DNA of 63,700 nt, counting the filler, from Octopus bimaculoides (taxonomy: Eukaryota), in the NCBI RefSeq assembly GCF_001194135.2. It is 5 parts of 4 records of this genome, joined end to end, with 100 filler letters (N's around TTAATTAATTAA, not from the genome) between each part and the next. Parts side by side here need not be neighbours in the genome. Positions count along the whole stretch, not along the records: positions 58,037 to 63,700 come from NC_068992.1; 4 more parts are not named here. One strand, 5' to 3'. The stretch's first letter is position 1; the number at the start of each line of letters is the position of its first letter. Both the position numbers and the translations under genes were made by a program. The notes under the pieces were generated by a model that worked only from the letters and a program-made list of their open reading frames with translations, did no database searches and was not told where the DNA came from. Positions 63,244 to 63,700 of the stretch are shown piece by piece.

Positions 63244-63700
63244 TACATGTTTGCAGTTCGGTGAGTGAGACAAGCTGCGGGAAGGCGTGCCTCCCCTCCA
63301 CTAGTACTCTATAGAACGCATTGGTCGTTTGGAAGCTGCACAAGTTTGATCCCGGACGGCAGAGCTGTTGTAGAGCTTGGCGACACTCGCGGTGCCAATC
63401 GCCCAGTTTCGGTCTCTTCCTGATACATGTTTGCAGTTCGGTGAGTGAGACAAGCTGCGGGAAGGCGTGCCTCCCCTCCACTAGTACTCTATAGAACGCA
63501 TTGGTCGTTTGGAAGCTGCACAAGTTTGATCCCGGACGGCAGAGCTGTTGTAGAGCTTGGCGACACTCGCGGTGCCAATCGCCCAGTTTCGGTCTCTTCC
63601 TGATACATGTTTGCAGTTCGGTGAGTGAGACAAGCTGCGGGAAGGCGTGCCTCCCCTCCACTAGTACTCTATAGAACGCATTGGTCGTTTGGAAGCTGCA
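63244..63700 (-). repeat. 180-bp tandem repeat, identical copies (about 2.5 visible), derived from Tx1 ORF2
   Basis: The sequence repeats exactly every 180 bp and is 55% GC by my count (99/180). One minus frame is open and repeats HAFPQLVSLTELQTCIRKRPKLGDWHRECRQALQQLCRPGSNLCSFQTTNAFYRVLVEGR. ECRQ...LC..G and LV(E/D)G match 56050-56190. Confidence 0.85.

Noticed and set aside
63244-63700. 180-bp unit as a ribozyme, tRNA-like gene or retrozyme array
   Set aside because: No CUGANGA core on either strand, only a weak B-box-like GTTTGATCCC without a cloverleaf, and only superficial twister-like words. Tx1 ORF2 homology explains it better.

Overview
Eukaryotic, AT-rich draft-assembly DNA that is dense in microsatellites and heavily gapped. 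The repeat families point to an Octopus genome (my inference from recognising the repeats). The window is not one contiguous locus: four identical artificial 100-bp spacers (N44-TTAATTAATTAA-N44) split it into five joined pieces (1-9279, 9380-33847, 33948-54385, 54486-57936, 58037-63700). There is also an Illumina adapter remnant and a duplicated contig end. Nearly all ORFs in the supplied track are microsatellite or N-gap artefacts. Real content is (i) many tRNA-derived SINE copies from four families, labelled A-D here; (ii) decayed retroelement fragments (L1/Tx1, RTE, R4/Dong, HERO, Penelope GIY-YIG), a hAT transposase fossil and a probable Helitron-like element; (iii) minimal hammerhead-ribozyme-like motifs in several repeat families; and (iv) a few isolated candidate host exons that I cannot assign to a gene. 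The best leads are a TSD-flanked, tail-less retroposon combining a Pol III tRNA-like head with an internal hammerhead motif (29470-29798), an identical-copy, in-frame 180-bp tandem amplification of a Tx1 ORF2 segment (63244-63700), a Tx1-derived hairpin with pri-miRNA geometry (56016-56089), and a SINE that appears to share its 3' end with Tx1. TE family assignments rest on my recall of family motifs, not on database searches.
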